NCBI RefSeq assembly: GCF_006345805.1
Contig: NC_043006.1
Location: forward strand, 63,364,001-63,428,000
Reading direction: 5' to 3'
DNA: 64,000 nucleotides
Source: Octopus sinensis
Lineage: Eukaryota
Under the pieces are notes generated by a model. It saw only the letters and a program-made list of their open reading frames with translations, searched no databases and was not told where the DNA came from. The first letter of the stretch is position 1; each line of letters begins with the position of its first letter. Below, in pieces: positions 14,055-27,834 of the stretch. Position numbers and translations under genes: made by a program.

Positions 14055-14056
<2 letters not shown>

Positions 14057-14990
14057 TTTATTTTACTTTATCTCAACAAAAATCAATGCAGTATGAACAC
14101 AACATTACCATTTTATCGGTAGCTTACTACTGCTGGCAGCGAAGAACTCTTGAGAGCAAGAGGTGATGAAATCACGAAAGGCTGTTTTTGCATCTTCTTC
14201 AGATTTGAAGTTTATCCTTGCAAAAAGTTGTCTAATACTTCAAAAACGTAATAGTTGGTGCAAGGTCTGGTGAATATGGTGGATGACAGAGTATTTCCAA
14301 GGTCAGTTCCTGTAACCTGAGTAACGTTCTTTGTGAAATATGTGGTCGACCATTGTCTTGCAAGAGAATTGGCCTATCTCTATTGACCAATCTGGGTTGT
14401 TTAATTGCAAGTTCACTCATCATTTCATCCAATTGGTTAACATATACATCCGCTGTAATTGACTTACCAGGTCTCATGAAGCTGTAATGGATGACACCAG
14501 CGCTGGACCACCAAACAGACACTATTAGCTTTTTTTTATTTTTTGGTGAATATTCGTTTTTTGATTGTTTTGGCACTTCGTCTCTATCCAACCACCATGC
14601 AGAATGTTTCCTGTTGTTGAAAATAATCCATTTTTCATCTTACATAACAATACGATGCGAAGCTGGTTCACTTTTATGCTGTGACAGCAAAGAACAGGAA
14701 GTTTCAAGACGACGTGTCATTTGGTGCTCGTTCAGTTCGTGTGGTTCCCACTTGTCCAGCTTCTTTACCTTGCCGATTTCTTGCAGATGCTCCAATACAG
14801 GTGGAATCGAAACATCAAACTTTGCTGCTAACACAAGCGTAGTTTGAGACGTATCCACTTTCACTACAGTTTCCAGCTCATCATTATCCACCTTGGTCTC
14901 AGGTCTACCATGGGGCTAATTTTCAAGAGTAAAGTCACCAGACCGGACTTTCTCGAACCATCAGTGTACAGTGCGCTCATTCACCACATT
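14055..14990 (-). mobile_element. Mariner (DD34D) transposase remnant
   Basis: KKLDKWEPHEL, LIVSVWWSSAGVIHY, ILLQDNGRPH, HPPYSPDLAPT; fragmented. Confidence 0.9.
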
Positions 14991-15655
14991 TAGTTCCAAG
15001 AGAAAACTGACAATATAATTAATCACCATGAATTGCATTTCGAAAAGTGATGATGTAACTCTTCAACGTTCTGGAACAAAGAATTGTCAGGAGAAAACAT
15101 TAGAGTTAACGACTGTCAAACTTGGTGCATAAGAAAATTGGGCATTTTATTCTTAATATATATGAATGTATTTCCGTGCGCGCACGCTCATGCACATGTA
15201 TGTAGATATGTGTATATATGTATGTAAATATGCGTGTGTGTGTTTCTGTGTGTATATATGTGTGTGTAATCATATACATACATATATTTATGCACATGCA
15301 CACACAAAGCACATATATGTATATATGTGTATGTGTGTATGTATATATGCATGTATGTATGGTTCTTTGTATGCACTTATGAATGAATGACCATATGCTT
15401 GTATGTATACATGTATGTATGTTTGGCAGTCTAAAGGCGGACTCACTAGTCATGTCTTTCTTTTGTAAAGAAGTGGAAATCATATATATATATATATATA
15501 TATATACGTACGTAGGTATGTGTTGATATATATATAAACATATACATGCGTACACATACATAAACGGACGAACTTATACACATACACTCATACACGAGCA
15601 CATGTCCATAACACACACTCATATGTGCCCATATACATATATATATATATATATA

Positions 15656-16240
15656 CTGCAAAAGAAACGCGATTTTTTCAAATGTCATTTTTATATGGTA
15701 ATTCTGAAAATTTATTTCGGGGATGTAAGTGTAAATATTCCAAGACATGCTGGTTTATGGCTAGACCCAAATTGCAGGTAACTTTTCAACTTTCCCTGAA
15801 GCGAGACGCCAAAGCGCAGCTACGTTGCGTTGAATGTTGTGTGTAGCAGCCGCAAACAGTTATCATGAAAGCCGAAATGCACATGCATTTCAGTTGATAA
15901 AAATCAACTTGAACCACGTTCCTGGCATTCGTAATTCGGATGCAGCAGCGCAGAGGGAACAATCTATCGGCCGATTGCAAGCAGGGCAGCGTGCCCTAGT
16001 TGTTGAGAAAACTTAGTGTCAATGTCAGTACCATCTATCACCTGTAACAGCGATACAATAACATCAGCAGCAGAGGGCGCCCCTGGGTGACCGCTTCATC
16101 CACCTACAACACCACCGTAATAGCTTCAGACTGGTCAGCGTACCAGCTCGCGTGATCATTGGCACTGGACAATGATCAGCAACGACACGGTATGACGTCG
16201 ACTGGCCACCAACAACCTGCCTTGCCGTCCCGGAGGTGTT
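15656..16240 (+). mobile_element. Tc1-like transposon 5' fragment (paired-like HTH)
   Basis: Starts TA|CTGCAAAAGAAACGC; peptides QREQSIGRLQAGQ, LSVNVSTIYHL, RGRPWVT, ISNDTV*RRLATNNL. Confidence 0.7.
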
Positions 16241-16241
16241 C

Positions 16242-16609
16242 TTAAATGGCTTACAAACATCTTCCAGCCTGTAATTGTTTTCGTTTCAGCACACAAACTC
16301 ACATATTACGGAGATGTACTTACTGAAACAAAAACAATTTCAGAGTGGAAGGTGTTTATAAGCCATTTAAAAATACAAAAACCGTTAGATTCCCTTTGAC
16401 ATTTAAATTTAATTTGCCAAAATATTTCCGTCGCTTTGCGATCGCCACCTCATCACTGACTAAATTCAGTACTGCATCTCCGAATTCCGTGTAGCGGCAC
16501 GGAATTTTGTCAGTCCTCAGATCACGGTCTCAAAGAGACGAAAATATTTTGGCAAATTAAATTTTACTTTTGAAGTGAATCTATCTGCTTTTGTGTTTTT
16601 AAATGGCTT
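16242..16609. repeat. Double fold-back (nested palindromic) element
   Basis: Hairpin 16242-16370 (ttaaatggcttacaaacatcttcca / tggaaggtgtttataagccatttaa); hairpin 16360-16609 (aatttaatttgccaaaatattt / aaatattttggcaaattaaatt); central gaattccgtg/cacggaatt stem. Confidence 0.8.
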
Positions 16610-16627
16610 TGGAATTATTTTTGTGCG

Positions 16628-16659
<32 letters not shown>

Positions 16660-16713
16660 GTGTGTGTGTGTGGTGTGTGTGAGTGTGAGTGTGTGTGTGT
16701 GTGTGTGTATTTG

Positions 16714-16756
<43 letters not shown>

Positions 16757-17480
16757 ATACCTTAGATGTAAATGCCAATTTTTGTCCCTCTATCTGTTAC
16801 CATCTGGCTTACAAAAGCAGCGAGCCAATCTTCACGAAATTTTGCATACATGTTAAACTAGCATCCACTTCAATAATAGGCTAATTTGGATTTCAATAAA
16901 AGTTCATAATGTGCCCCCTACTGGGTTGGGCGAATTATATGATAAAATGAGAAGGGTACAAAGAGTAGTAGTGTGAGAGAAATGTCGTGGTAGAGTGAGT
17001 GTGACTGATATCATGGAAGGGGAGAAGAGCGTTGTGTTAGCGACTAATATGGAATGGCAGTGAGATGGTAACGTTAATACAACTGTCATATACACGTACT
17101 TTCGTAAATGTACACACACACACACATGCGGCAAGGAAGGGTAAGGTGGGTGTGAAGAATACGTAGCTTTAAGGAGAGAGGGGATAGATGGTTTTTCTGC
17201 TGTTCGTCGAAAACACAGATACACACACGCACATATACATGCATATATATACGAAATAATAATATTATTATTTTCAAAATACATAAATATATATAAATAG
17301 ACAATAACAATGCAATGCATAAAATACGATTGAATTTTAATAAAAACGACTGAATTTAAGAAAATATCATTTGTAATTACATTTAAAATCGTACATTGTA
17401 TGATGAACTAAACATTTAACTTGAAATGATTAAGTATTGAAAACATTAAAATCAACGAAAGAAAAAACATATATATATAA

Positions 17481-17558
17481 ACATCACATTCAGAGATGTG
17501 CCAATGGAATATGACATAGTTCATATTACTGATCTAGGCACTCCCCTCATCAGGATGT
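17481..17558 (-). ncRNA. Decayed type I hammerhead relic (stem III deleted)
   Basis: Minus strand ACAUC-CUGAUGA-GGGGAGUGCC...GGCACAUCUCU-GAA-UGU-GAUGU: stems I and II pair, but the stem III and cleavage segment is missing. Confidence 0.5.
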
Positions 17559-17841
17559 GACACAAAGTTTATAAATACATCTACCTACCAAGGTTGATCA
17601 ACCATCAGCGGCAGTATTGTCTATTTATATACATTTGTGTAGTTTGGAATTTTATTTTCATTTTATAGAGAATATATATATATTTATATAAGTTTTGGAT
17701 ACGTATTTCAGTTATGTTCTTTTAGACTTCGCCTGTGTTGCCTCCATAATAATATTATTTCGAATATGGCTGACAACGAGCACTACACTTTCCTCTGTTT
17801 TAATGTGAGTTATTGTCAATAACAAGCTCTAATTAAACTAT

Positions 17842-17872
<31 letters not shown>

Positions 17873-17879
17873 CTATATA

Positions 17880-17920
<41 letters not shown>

Positions 17921-18046
17921 CATACATACATACGTACATACTACATACAAACGTACATACATACATACATACATACATACATACATACATGTCTACTATA
18001 CAACATTTTAAACTCGTGATTACCTGAGTGTACGTTTGTAAATACA

Positions 18047-18082
<36 letters not shown>

Positions 18083-18097
18083 GTGTTGTGTGTGTGA

Positions 18098-18638
18098 CGT
18101 CCTATAACTGTCTGTCTGTCAACGTTTTTAGGTTCTTCCCCGTTGGTGTCAAATATTGTGAGATTTTAAAATTACGCCAAAATTTTCAAATTTGGTATAT
18201 TGCAATAACTTTGCACGTTAAATCCGATTTTGTTATTTATTTGTTCCAGAAAAAATGCAGAAGAATGTTACAGAGGTTTAAAGTTTAATCAATTTTACCT
18301 AATCAGAAAACAAGATTTGGAAGCTGACATTTCTGCATGATAGCTGTCTATCACGAAATGAAAGCAAAATCATTAGATGGAGGAATTTTTTTTATTAAAA
18401 GAACGAAGTTTTACTAAGTTTTAATGAATAAAGTAATGTGAAACGGTCGAACAGACGTACATAATTTAAAGAGGAAAAAAAATCCTCAACGAAGTTTCTC
18501 TGCGAAAAATTGCACAAATCTCTCCTGATCAAGAGGCCTATCTGTCGGGGAAGATATGGTCTGACATGGAATAGACAAAAATTTATATAAGACATTCTAT
18601 TGTAAAAGTTACCCGGCAACGACGGGCTATTCAGCTAG
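18098..18638 (+). mobile_element. Non-autonomous Helitron-type element
   Basis: 3' end cccggcaacgacggg hairpin followed by CTAG|T (18635-18638); 5' boundary approximate. Confidence 0.65.
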
Positions 18639-18699
18639 TATATATATATATGTGTGTGTGTGTGGTGTGTGTGTCTGTCTGTCTGTATGCATATTATAT

Positions 18700-18731
<32 letters not shown>

Positions 18732-18742
18732 ATATATATATA

Positions 18743-19400
18743 TATGGATACAGGACGTCACTAACAATAAACAACATGAAATACGAAAACAGAGTTCAAT
18801 ACGCAAACAACGAGAGAAACAAATGGAAAACAGGACAACTAACGACCCTTCATCAGTTGTCGGCTGTCTATCTACTCCTCACTTCGAGCATTCAACAATA
18901 TGAGTATTCGACAACAGTTGCTCCCATAAGTACCAAGATAAAATTTGGGATTTATGGAAGGACAAAGTTGGGAACAAAAACAGGACAGTTGAGACATACA
19001 AGGAAACCGAACGAAAACAAAGATAGAGGGTCGTTAGACTAGAACAAGGGTAAAATAGCGAACGCCGGAGAAATATTTTCTTTGACAAGAGAAAAAATAC
19101 AAGAGAGAGATAGGATACGTCTAGCCCTTAGGACACTCCTGAAAGAAAAGATGATCACGTGAGGAAAAGAAAGACGGACGATGGTCACGTGTGAGAAACG
19201 AGAGAGAGAGAACAGGAGAAAGGGGGAGAGGGAGATGTAGAAAATGGTGAATGGGAGAAAAACGGAAATTAGAGAAAGGATGAGAGAGAAGAATTAGAGA
19301 AAGGATGAATGCCCGAAGTGAGGAGTAGATAGACATCCGACAACTGATGAAAGGTCGTTCTTTATGTTACTTGTCTTGTTTCCATTTGTTTCTCTCGTTG
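18743..19400. mobile_element. Fold-back non-autonomous element (same family as 4482-5313)
   Basis: About 95-bp inverted arms 18800-18892 / 19307-19400 (aacgacccttcatcagttgtcggctgtctatctactcctcacttcg versus cgaagtgaggagtagatagacatccgacaactgatgaaaggtcgtt). Confidence 0.7.
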
Positions 19401-19759
19401 TCACGGTCTAACACTCCATTCATTGACAATATCGACACAACTTTGCCTTGTACAAACACATATTGTTTATATCATTATTGCTCTTATTATTGTTGATGAT
19501 AATGATGTTATTACAATCACTAGTAATATTATTTTTTATTTTATTATTGTGACGACTCACATTACACAAATCGTCACCATCGTTATTGCTACAATTATTA
19601 GTACGACATTGATGCAAGCTATTATTGCTATTATTTACGTAAGTAACACTGCTATCGAGACACTACCTCTTATTGTAAAAATTAATATTGTCACTTACTA
19701 CCATTGCCGTTCATGGTACTAACCTTAGATATGTATTAACGTTAGATACAGTAGGGAAA

Positions 19760-21000
19760 TTTATAAAGTAAGGAAGGTACGAACGTTTATGATGTTGAGA
19801 GAGTCGAAAGATATAGACATAAGGCGTAATCCGCCAGATATAAAAACAGCCAGGAAGTGGAAAACAGAAGCAGAGAATGATGACATCTTCACTTACGCAC
19901 CGAGATATGGTGGGTGGAACGCAAATTCATCGGAAGAGGCTTGAATTTGGCGCAGATCGGTTCAGACTGTTTGCAAGCATGATGAGGAGCGAACGCAGAG
20001 TTGTTGTTAGCCACAGCGTCAAAACAAGGGAAACAGAGAGAAGAGAGCTTCATTTGATTCAATGATCTTAGCAAGGACAGATGATGAAATGAGAGAAACA
20101 CGCTGTTGAGAGAAAAATAAGTTGCAATGAAATATGGAAGTGGACTATATCACGTCTCAGTTTTCTGATTCGTTCCTCCTACGATGTCTTGCCATCACCT
20201 ACAAACCTAAGATGGAACGTATCAGAAAATGATAGATGCAGATGCGGAAAAGTCGAAACAGTAAAACATATTCTTTCCAACTGTTCACAGGCATTGAATA
20301 GATATACATGAGCACACAATCTTAAGGTTACTTTCAATACTATAAAGAACCAAATTGCTCTCATGAACAGTGGCAAAAACCACTGAAAGAACCGACCAGA
20401 GATGTCATTACCTTCGTGCGCTCAGGACAGCAGATCCGATTGAAGAAGTAACTTCCTCTGAACGACGAAAAGTTGAACGGTTATTGGGAGGGAGCTGCAG
20501 ATTTACTAGGGTGCCAGGGATTCTTTCCTATTCCAGTTACGAAGAAACCGGATGTCGTCGTATGGTGCGAGGGAAAGGAAGTGGTAAATCTGGTTGAATT
20601 AACGGTTCCTCATGAATATAATACGGACCCCGCTCGGACTCGAAGGATTGACCGTTACAAAACCTCCTCGAGGAATGTGAAGAGGAATATTTTCTGATCG
20701 AAGTCGGATGTAGAGTATTCGTTGGACAGTGTGAGGCGTCTGTCTTTATCGTTAGGCCTAACTCATTGTAAAGCAAATACCACCATGAGTGATATCCAAA
20801 CTACAGTGGAAAAGGCAGGCCATTGGATTTGGTGAAAAAGAGACGATGAGCAATGGTTTGAAGAATATTGAGCGAAACCTGATAACCAGTTGATCTAGCA
20901 AGCAGGGCTTCATTTCAGTGAGGTGGGTGCGCAATGATGCTGTCGAGAGGTAGGCCCCGAAACGGCACGCATTCTCTCCTGATGACCCCATAAACTTGCT
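19760..21000 (+). mobile_element. HERO-type non-LTR retrotransposon 3' portion (RT C-terminus, CCHC, restriction-like endonuclease, 3' UTR)
   Basis: TARKWKTEAE, HRDMVGGTQ, FLIRSSYDVLPSPTNL, CRCGKVETVKHILSNCSQALNRY, KKPDVVVW...NLVELTVPHE, IEVGCR, EKAGHWIW*KR; multiple disablements. Confidence 0.85.
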
Positions 21001-21273
21001 AGAATCCGGTATGCGGAGCTTTCAACTGGAAGCACCTGCATCGGCAAGTTTGCAAAAAAATATATACGGCCAGCGTTCCCATTTTCGCTATTTTCTCCAC
21101 TACAGCTTAGAACTATATCTACAAGTCACCTAGCGTTTATACGTCTATTTATTACATTTCGACCGTAATTTCGGGCTAAATTTCCCGCCTATTAAAATCA
21201 GCTATAACAGCCCCTAAGGTTACGAAGAGTAGAATAAGAGATTCTTTTTCTTTTTACATGTACTTAGATGAAA

Positions 21274-21662
21274 GTGGCGAGCTGGCAGAAACGTTAGCAC
21301 GCTGGGCGAAATGCTTAGCGGTATTTCGTCTGCCGCTACGTTCTGAGTTCAAATTCCGTTGAGTCGACTATGCCTTTCATCCTTCCGGGGTAGATTAAAT
21401 AAGTACCAGTTACGTACTTGGGTCGATATAATCGACTTAATCCGTTTGTCTGTTCTTGTTCGTCCCCTCTGTGTTTAGCCCCTTTTGGGTAGTAAAGAAA
21501 TAGGTATTTCGTCTACCTTTAGTTCAAATTCTGCCGAGGTCGACTTTGCCTTTCATCCTTTCAGATTCGATAAATTAAGTACCAGTTACGTACTGATGTC
21601 AATCTAATCGACTGGTTCCCTCCCCCAAAATTTGGGGCCTTGTGCCTAGAGTAGAAAAGAAT
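21274..21662 (+). mobile_element. SINE family B, dimeric, with ~15-bp TSD
   Basis: gtggcgagctggcagaaacgttagcacgctgggcgaaatgcttagcggtatttcgtctgccgctacgttctgagttcaaattcc head; the gtcgactttgcctttcatcctttc core occurs twice; TSD atgtacttaga(t/c)gaa at 21258-21272 and 21663-21677. Confidence 0.9.
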
Positions 21663-24600
21663 ATGTACTTAGACGAAGGGAAATTGTTTTCTAACAAAAG
21701 CAACAATTTTCCAGAGAGCTTAGCAGTTGCTGCGTAATCCCAAGAAAGGTTGCACTACATTACGCTATCACCATGTAATCCATGTAACTGTACAAAAATA
21801 AATACAGACGTGTGTGGGCGTGTGTGTGTATACATATATGTACATGCCTAGGTATATTATACATGAGTATATATTTGAATGCTTGTATATTTGTTGATAA
21901 TTGTGTGTGTATATATGTATATATGAGTTCGTGAATGTGCGCATGTGTATAAGTTCTTACGTAGATGTATATGTATATGCATATATATATATGTATATAT
22001 GTGTGTATGTGTGCGTGTGTGTGCGTGTGTTTGAGCGCGTGTGTATATACGTTTGTGCGTATGAGCACAAAGGCATATAAGTGTGAATAGTATTAGTCTC
22101 CAGCTGGCGATACGACACAATATCTGTGTCCATATATTTTCTAACAGGGGCGTTCAGTATCCTCACTCAGCACAAAGCAATATCTGCGGTTTCTGGGTTA
22201 TCTCCCTTCCTCGGCACAGAATAACTGCTCAGCTAAGGTATACACTATATAGACATATGCTTGCCTATTTATGTGTGTGTATGTATATATGTGCGTATTA
22301 TACTATATATGCGCATATGCATGTATACTCCTTGGAGTAGCAAACCCCTTTACGGTTCCAAGACATTTGCCTTCGCTACACTGGCTGATGAGCCCAAATC
22401 TATCCTCTCGCCACATTTCCTCCCTATTTCTCTCTCTCTATCTATCTATCTGTCTGTCTTCCTCCTATCATTTATCTCTGGCCGTCTATTTAAAGAAATA
22501 ATTTAATGTGGCATTGTCTGTAGATTACTTTATGACCCATAGGCATATGAAATTTGGCTAAACCTCGGTATGTTTTCACTATTTTCTTTATTGCCTTAAT
22601 GTGAGGGTTACTCCACATTCCGTATCTTGATATTTTTTCTCTGAACCAAATTTTTAATATTTAATTCACCTGGAGAAAACGGGCTTGTTTTTCATGGTGT
22701 AATTGAATTATTCATCAATAAAAATAAACGCGTCTGAAACAGCTGTAATAAACATTAAACCATTTGTGTTTTTTCTTTATACCTCTGTGTATTTGTGTGT
22801 GTGTATGTAGGTGTATTTATATGCGTGTGTGTGTGTTCAGAGACGATATCGATATGTTTTTGTGTAAAAAAGAGAAAAAGATTACACACACACTTATGTG
22901 TGTTTATGTGTGCATGTTTGAGTGTGCATGTAAGTGTGTATGAATGTGTATGCATACATATATCTACATACGTATGTTTGTTTGCACGTGTTGTGTGCAC
23001 ATTTCTGTGTGTTCCTGTATCTGTGCTTATATTTTCCTCTTCTCTCCCGTTATTTAACGATTCTACAAATAGGATTCGATAACATAAGCGTTTCATTATG
23101 GTCTCTTCGGAATAACTAGAAACACCATAACCATGCATGTTCTTCTTTAAAGATTAGAATAAAAAATGAAAACAATTATGCGTTTATTTTGGAAAAATGA
23201 GTCTAAAAATTTCATTTTCTTTTCTTTTTCATTTTTTTCTTTAGAAATTATCATTAAAAGTTATCATACGACTGTGACCGCGTTGAAACGAGATAACTCT
23301 ATGCAAACTTTCAAAGATATACAGAGTGACAACTCACTGTGAAGTCCTTGTGAAATTTTTAAACTATTAAATTTCAAATGGTTAAACTATTATGTAACCG
23401 TAATTCTATATATGATAGTATTATTATGCGAAAGGCATTTCGATACCTGATGCTGCTATTTTATTTTTAATCAAAAAGGTATCAGTTTATGATATTTTAA
23501 TAATTTAATGATTTACTTCAACAGCAAGGTTATTCTTTATGCACATAAATATTATTTCTATATATGACCTGCTGAATATGATAACGACTGTTTAAGAGTG
23601 AACCTGAAAATCAGCTGCAAACCATTTCTGTAGAATACAAAATCGCTACACTGTTCGTAGATGTAATGATATTGGACATGTTGAAAATTAACAATTTCAA
23701 CAATAAATGTAATTTAAAATTGCAATATGACTTTATAATGTCATGCGGTGTTGAGCACTCAATCTCAATGTTCGATATTAACGTATATATATATAATGAA
23801 AAGAGACGTTTTGTTGCAATATTTTTCCTTCAGGTGTAATATCGGATTATATCGAATTGTATAAACGACAGACTTCCGGATTAAATATCTTCGAATATTT
23901 AGTTTACCTTTATTTTCCTTACTTTTTTTTTGTTTTTGTCAGGGTTTTTTCTCTTACGTTTTGATTTCACTGTATTTGACTTTCCTTTCAAGATTTTGGC
24001 AAAACAAATTTCATAATGTAATGTGCTGACACATAGAATCGATATTTGATATCAGCTGTTGTTAATTATTGAAAGGCATTTTTCATGACTACATTACAAA
24101 GTCTGTGGGCTGATTCAATTTATTTTCTAGTTACGAATTTCGTTAATTTATTGTGCTGTTGTGACTCCGAGCAATTGCAATTGGTAGATGATGGTAAAAT
24201 GTGAATTGATTTTCATTAGTTTAATGTATGTACACAGGTGGTAGTCAACTGAAGATCAAGTATTTATATTAATATTAATGAAGATACCAGATGTTTGTAG
24301 AAAATTTGATTGGTTATAACTGTTTAACCCACGACAAATTTGCTCAGGCGGACCTATGATCAAAAAGCATTGAAAATGCTACCATCCACTAGCTTTTTTT
24401 AGACATAATATATCTAGGATTGCATTATGCAATGTGTTCTTTCTTTCAGAAAATAGGGAGTGTTTTGAGTGAGCCCATGTAGAAGATCCATTTTGAATCG
24501 AGAAAGTGAAGTTTTATGGAGACCGATGTAACCAGGAGCCATCAATTTAGCAGCTAATAGTAAGTAAGGCGAGAAATAGAGAAGCTACCAGCGAAAAGTT

Positions 24601-25654
24601 TGGTAATATTTGTTTATAGATCAGACTTTTCGTTGAAGAGGAGATAATATAAAGATCTCAAATTCGGGGAGTCAATGTGATGTAAATATACCTTTTCGGT
24701 TAAAAGGGGAGCTTTTGGAAGCTAAATCCGTTTCGTGGTGAAAAGCCATTTGTTTGTTTTATGGTGTTAAGAAAACGGGTAAAAATACTAATAATCAATG
24801 ATTTTTAAAAAGCTATATCGATTAAATCAAAGGAGAGAGAGCAACTCTAATTACCCTTTTCCAGGGAGTCCAAGACTGGTGAGCGCAAGGGATGAGGTTG
24901 TCTTCAGACTGGAGACTTGATCCTAATACCTGAAATATCGGTGACTCGATTAAAAGGGCTAGTCGAGGGAGTTAAACTAGGTGGGCAATAAATAAATCTG
25001 CATCTTAAAACGATTTGGTACCTATTCCAAATAGTTCGGTGAATTAAAGTAATGTGTAAAATAAAATAGTCAGGCCAGAAACAAAATTGAACACCTATAT
25101 TCGATTTAAAGACAAGTCCCGTGAATCGATAATCTTCCTTATCCTCGTACTGTATATTCTCGACTGTATATTCAGTTGAGTGATGTACGTATTGAAGGCT
25201 ATAGTTGTTACTGTTGTACGGCAGACCAATAATCAAAGATGTTCCGGCCGTGACTATTCCAACAGGCACAACAATGGTCACAACAATTTTCATGATTTCA
25301 AAGTGTTATTTGAGTGAGATTTTCACTGTTCAATTAATCAGTTACAAAAGTGGTCTTTCTGTGATACAGGGTCCTTCGCGAGTTGATAATTATAAAGTTT
25401 CATGCATCATAAAGGAAGACATTTTAGGGACAATGGAGTCTATGACAAAACAGTATCTGGCCACACACACAAACATGCTAAATGTGGGCACACAATGAGA
25501 AGAAAGAAGAGCTGAAAGGGAAGAAAATAATTAAGGCAGGTGGGGTGACACCTTTTTTTTTTGACATGTGAAGGATTGAATAAAATTTTGTAGTGATGTT
25601 GCTGAAAATAGTAATTTATGTTGCGACTAATACCCTAACAATGATTTTGTATGT

Positions 25655-25770
<116 letters not shown>

Positions 25771-26603
25771 TCCCTCTCTAGAATTTATTACATTGTTTAC
25801 GGTAGTCATTAAGATAAAATAAACGGAGGCGAGGGCGGAAGTTCGTGTGAGGTTATGCTTGCGTGAGAGGTTAAGCAACTGTGTGCAGCGATGAATTGGA
25901 AACAAAACGGTGGTTAAATCCAGTTTCTTTATCCAGAAAAGTACTACTTGCGGAGCGGTACTGATTGAAGAGTATCAGGTGAAAAGATTCTGTAAAGTTA
26001 CGAGAAAACTTCTTAGAAAGAGTCCAGAAATTCTGACTGTAATCCGGGAGGTGGGAGATATTGCAGGCTATGGAAGGCAGAAAGGCGTTGCTTTTCTAGT
26101 AGTCACTGTGTAGGAGTTGCATTGATTTATTGTCAGTGTATAATTTTATCCAAGTGTTGTGGAGTCAATTCAGGTGTGCGTAAGTTACTGGGGGAGCTGA
26201 AGTCTGGGTTGTAACCTATTTTAGCTGTGCGGAGGATATGAAGAGAAAAAAATAACCAGAGTTGGTATTGGTTACCTTCAAACTATGATGTCAGAAAAAC
26301 AGCAAAAGGTTTGTCAAAATCCCGACCAGATTGATGTCTTGAGAATGTGGAGTTTCAGGGCAGAGACATTTAGAGGCTAAGACCATTATAGTTGGTTACC
26401 TTGATTAGGCATTAATCAGGCGAGACAATGAGAATGGTTAAAAGCTGAGTAAAGGCGGGATTTTACTCCTTCTTTATATACATACCTGTGCGTATACATT
26501 ATTCTGTCTCTTTCTTTGGGTCTTTATCTTTCTTTCTTAAGCGAAATATGTATGATCCACCATGCGTTCGCGCACATACACACACGCACACACACACACA
26601 CAC

Positions 26604-26678
<75 letters not shown>

Positions 26679-27547
26679 TACATACACATATGCACATATT
26701 CCTCTAACAATAAGCAAGTCTCGCTCACATAAGACAAAATCATATTGGTTATTTTTGTTGTTTTATATTTGTACACAGCTTCACTATTAATAATAATATT
26801 GTTCTTTCCATTATTTATTTTGCTTCTTTATTTCTTTTCTTTATTCATTATCTTTATTTTGTTTCTTTATTTCTTTGCTTTATTTTGTTTTAATGTGTTA
26901 TTTTTGAACCACGTGAATACTTCAATAATACACTGAAAACAAATGAAATAATGAGAACCCTCGGATTTTTAAAATTATTTTTTTCTATTCTTTTTTTTTT
27001 CTTTTTCAAGAATGATCATTTTTGGCAAAATAAACAAATCTAATAACTCCTGGGTGTGTCATATATTTCAAATGACCTTTTATTAAAAAAAGAGAACATT
27101 CAAATATTTCATGAAATAAAAGATTAAATATCTGAGGATATTCAATCATTAGGTTATAAAATATTTCTATGTAACAATTTGAAAGAAAACAAAACTATGC
27201 TAATTCAATGGACGTTAATTCAGCTGAACAAATCATCATCTGTGTTGCTACATATTATTTTAGATTTGTGGTGTTGTATAATATTCCCTTACGTCGATTA
27301 TTTGTTTGTTACATTACATACATATTTGTTCTAACACAGTCGCACACACGCAAACAGACACATACATACGTGCGCACACACACTCACATACACACACACA
27401 TGCATGTTGCAATTTTTACATTTGTTTGTCCTAAGTTTATATTATATTATGCTGCATCATGATTCAATTTTTTATGCTATAAAACGGTTTTACATTATTT
27501 TATAACAAGTTATATTTATTGCATTGCGTTTTCACTATATATATATA

Positions 27548-27745
27548 CCCTTTTACTTGTTTCAGTCATTTGACTGCCGCCATGCTGGAGCACCACCCCT
27601 GGTCGAACAAACCAACCCCAGGACTTATTCTTCGTAAGCCTAGTACTTATTCTATCGGTTTTTTGCCGAACCGTTAAGTTATGGGGACGCAAACACATCA
27701 ACACCGGTTGTCAAGTGATAGGGGTCAAACACAGACACACAAACA
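27548..27745 (-). mobile_element. SINE family A, 3' half
   Basis: cttgtttcagtcatttgactgccgccatgctggagcacc...ccgttaagttatggggacgcaaacacatcaacaccggttgtcaag. Confidence 0.85.
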
Positions 27746-27746
27746 T

Positions 27747-27808
<62 letters not shown>

Positions 27809-27834
27809 ACAGACACAAATAATCAGAAACTGGA

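Noticed and set aside
20940-21000. GAAAC...CUGAUGA in the HERO 3' UTR as a type II hammerhead
   Set aside because: Stem II strands (ggcccc / cccca) are not complementary and no stem I or III can be formed.
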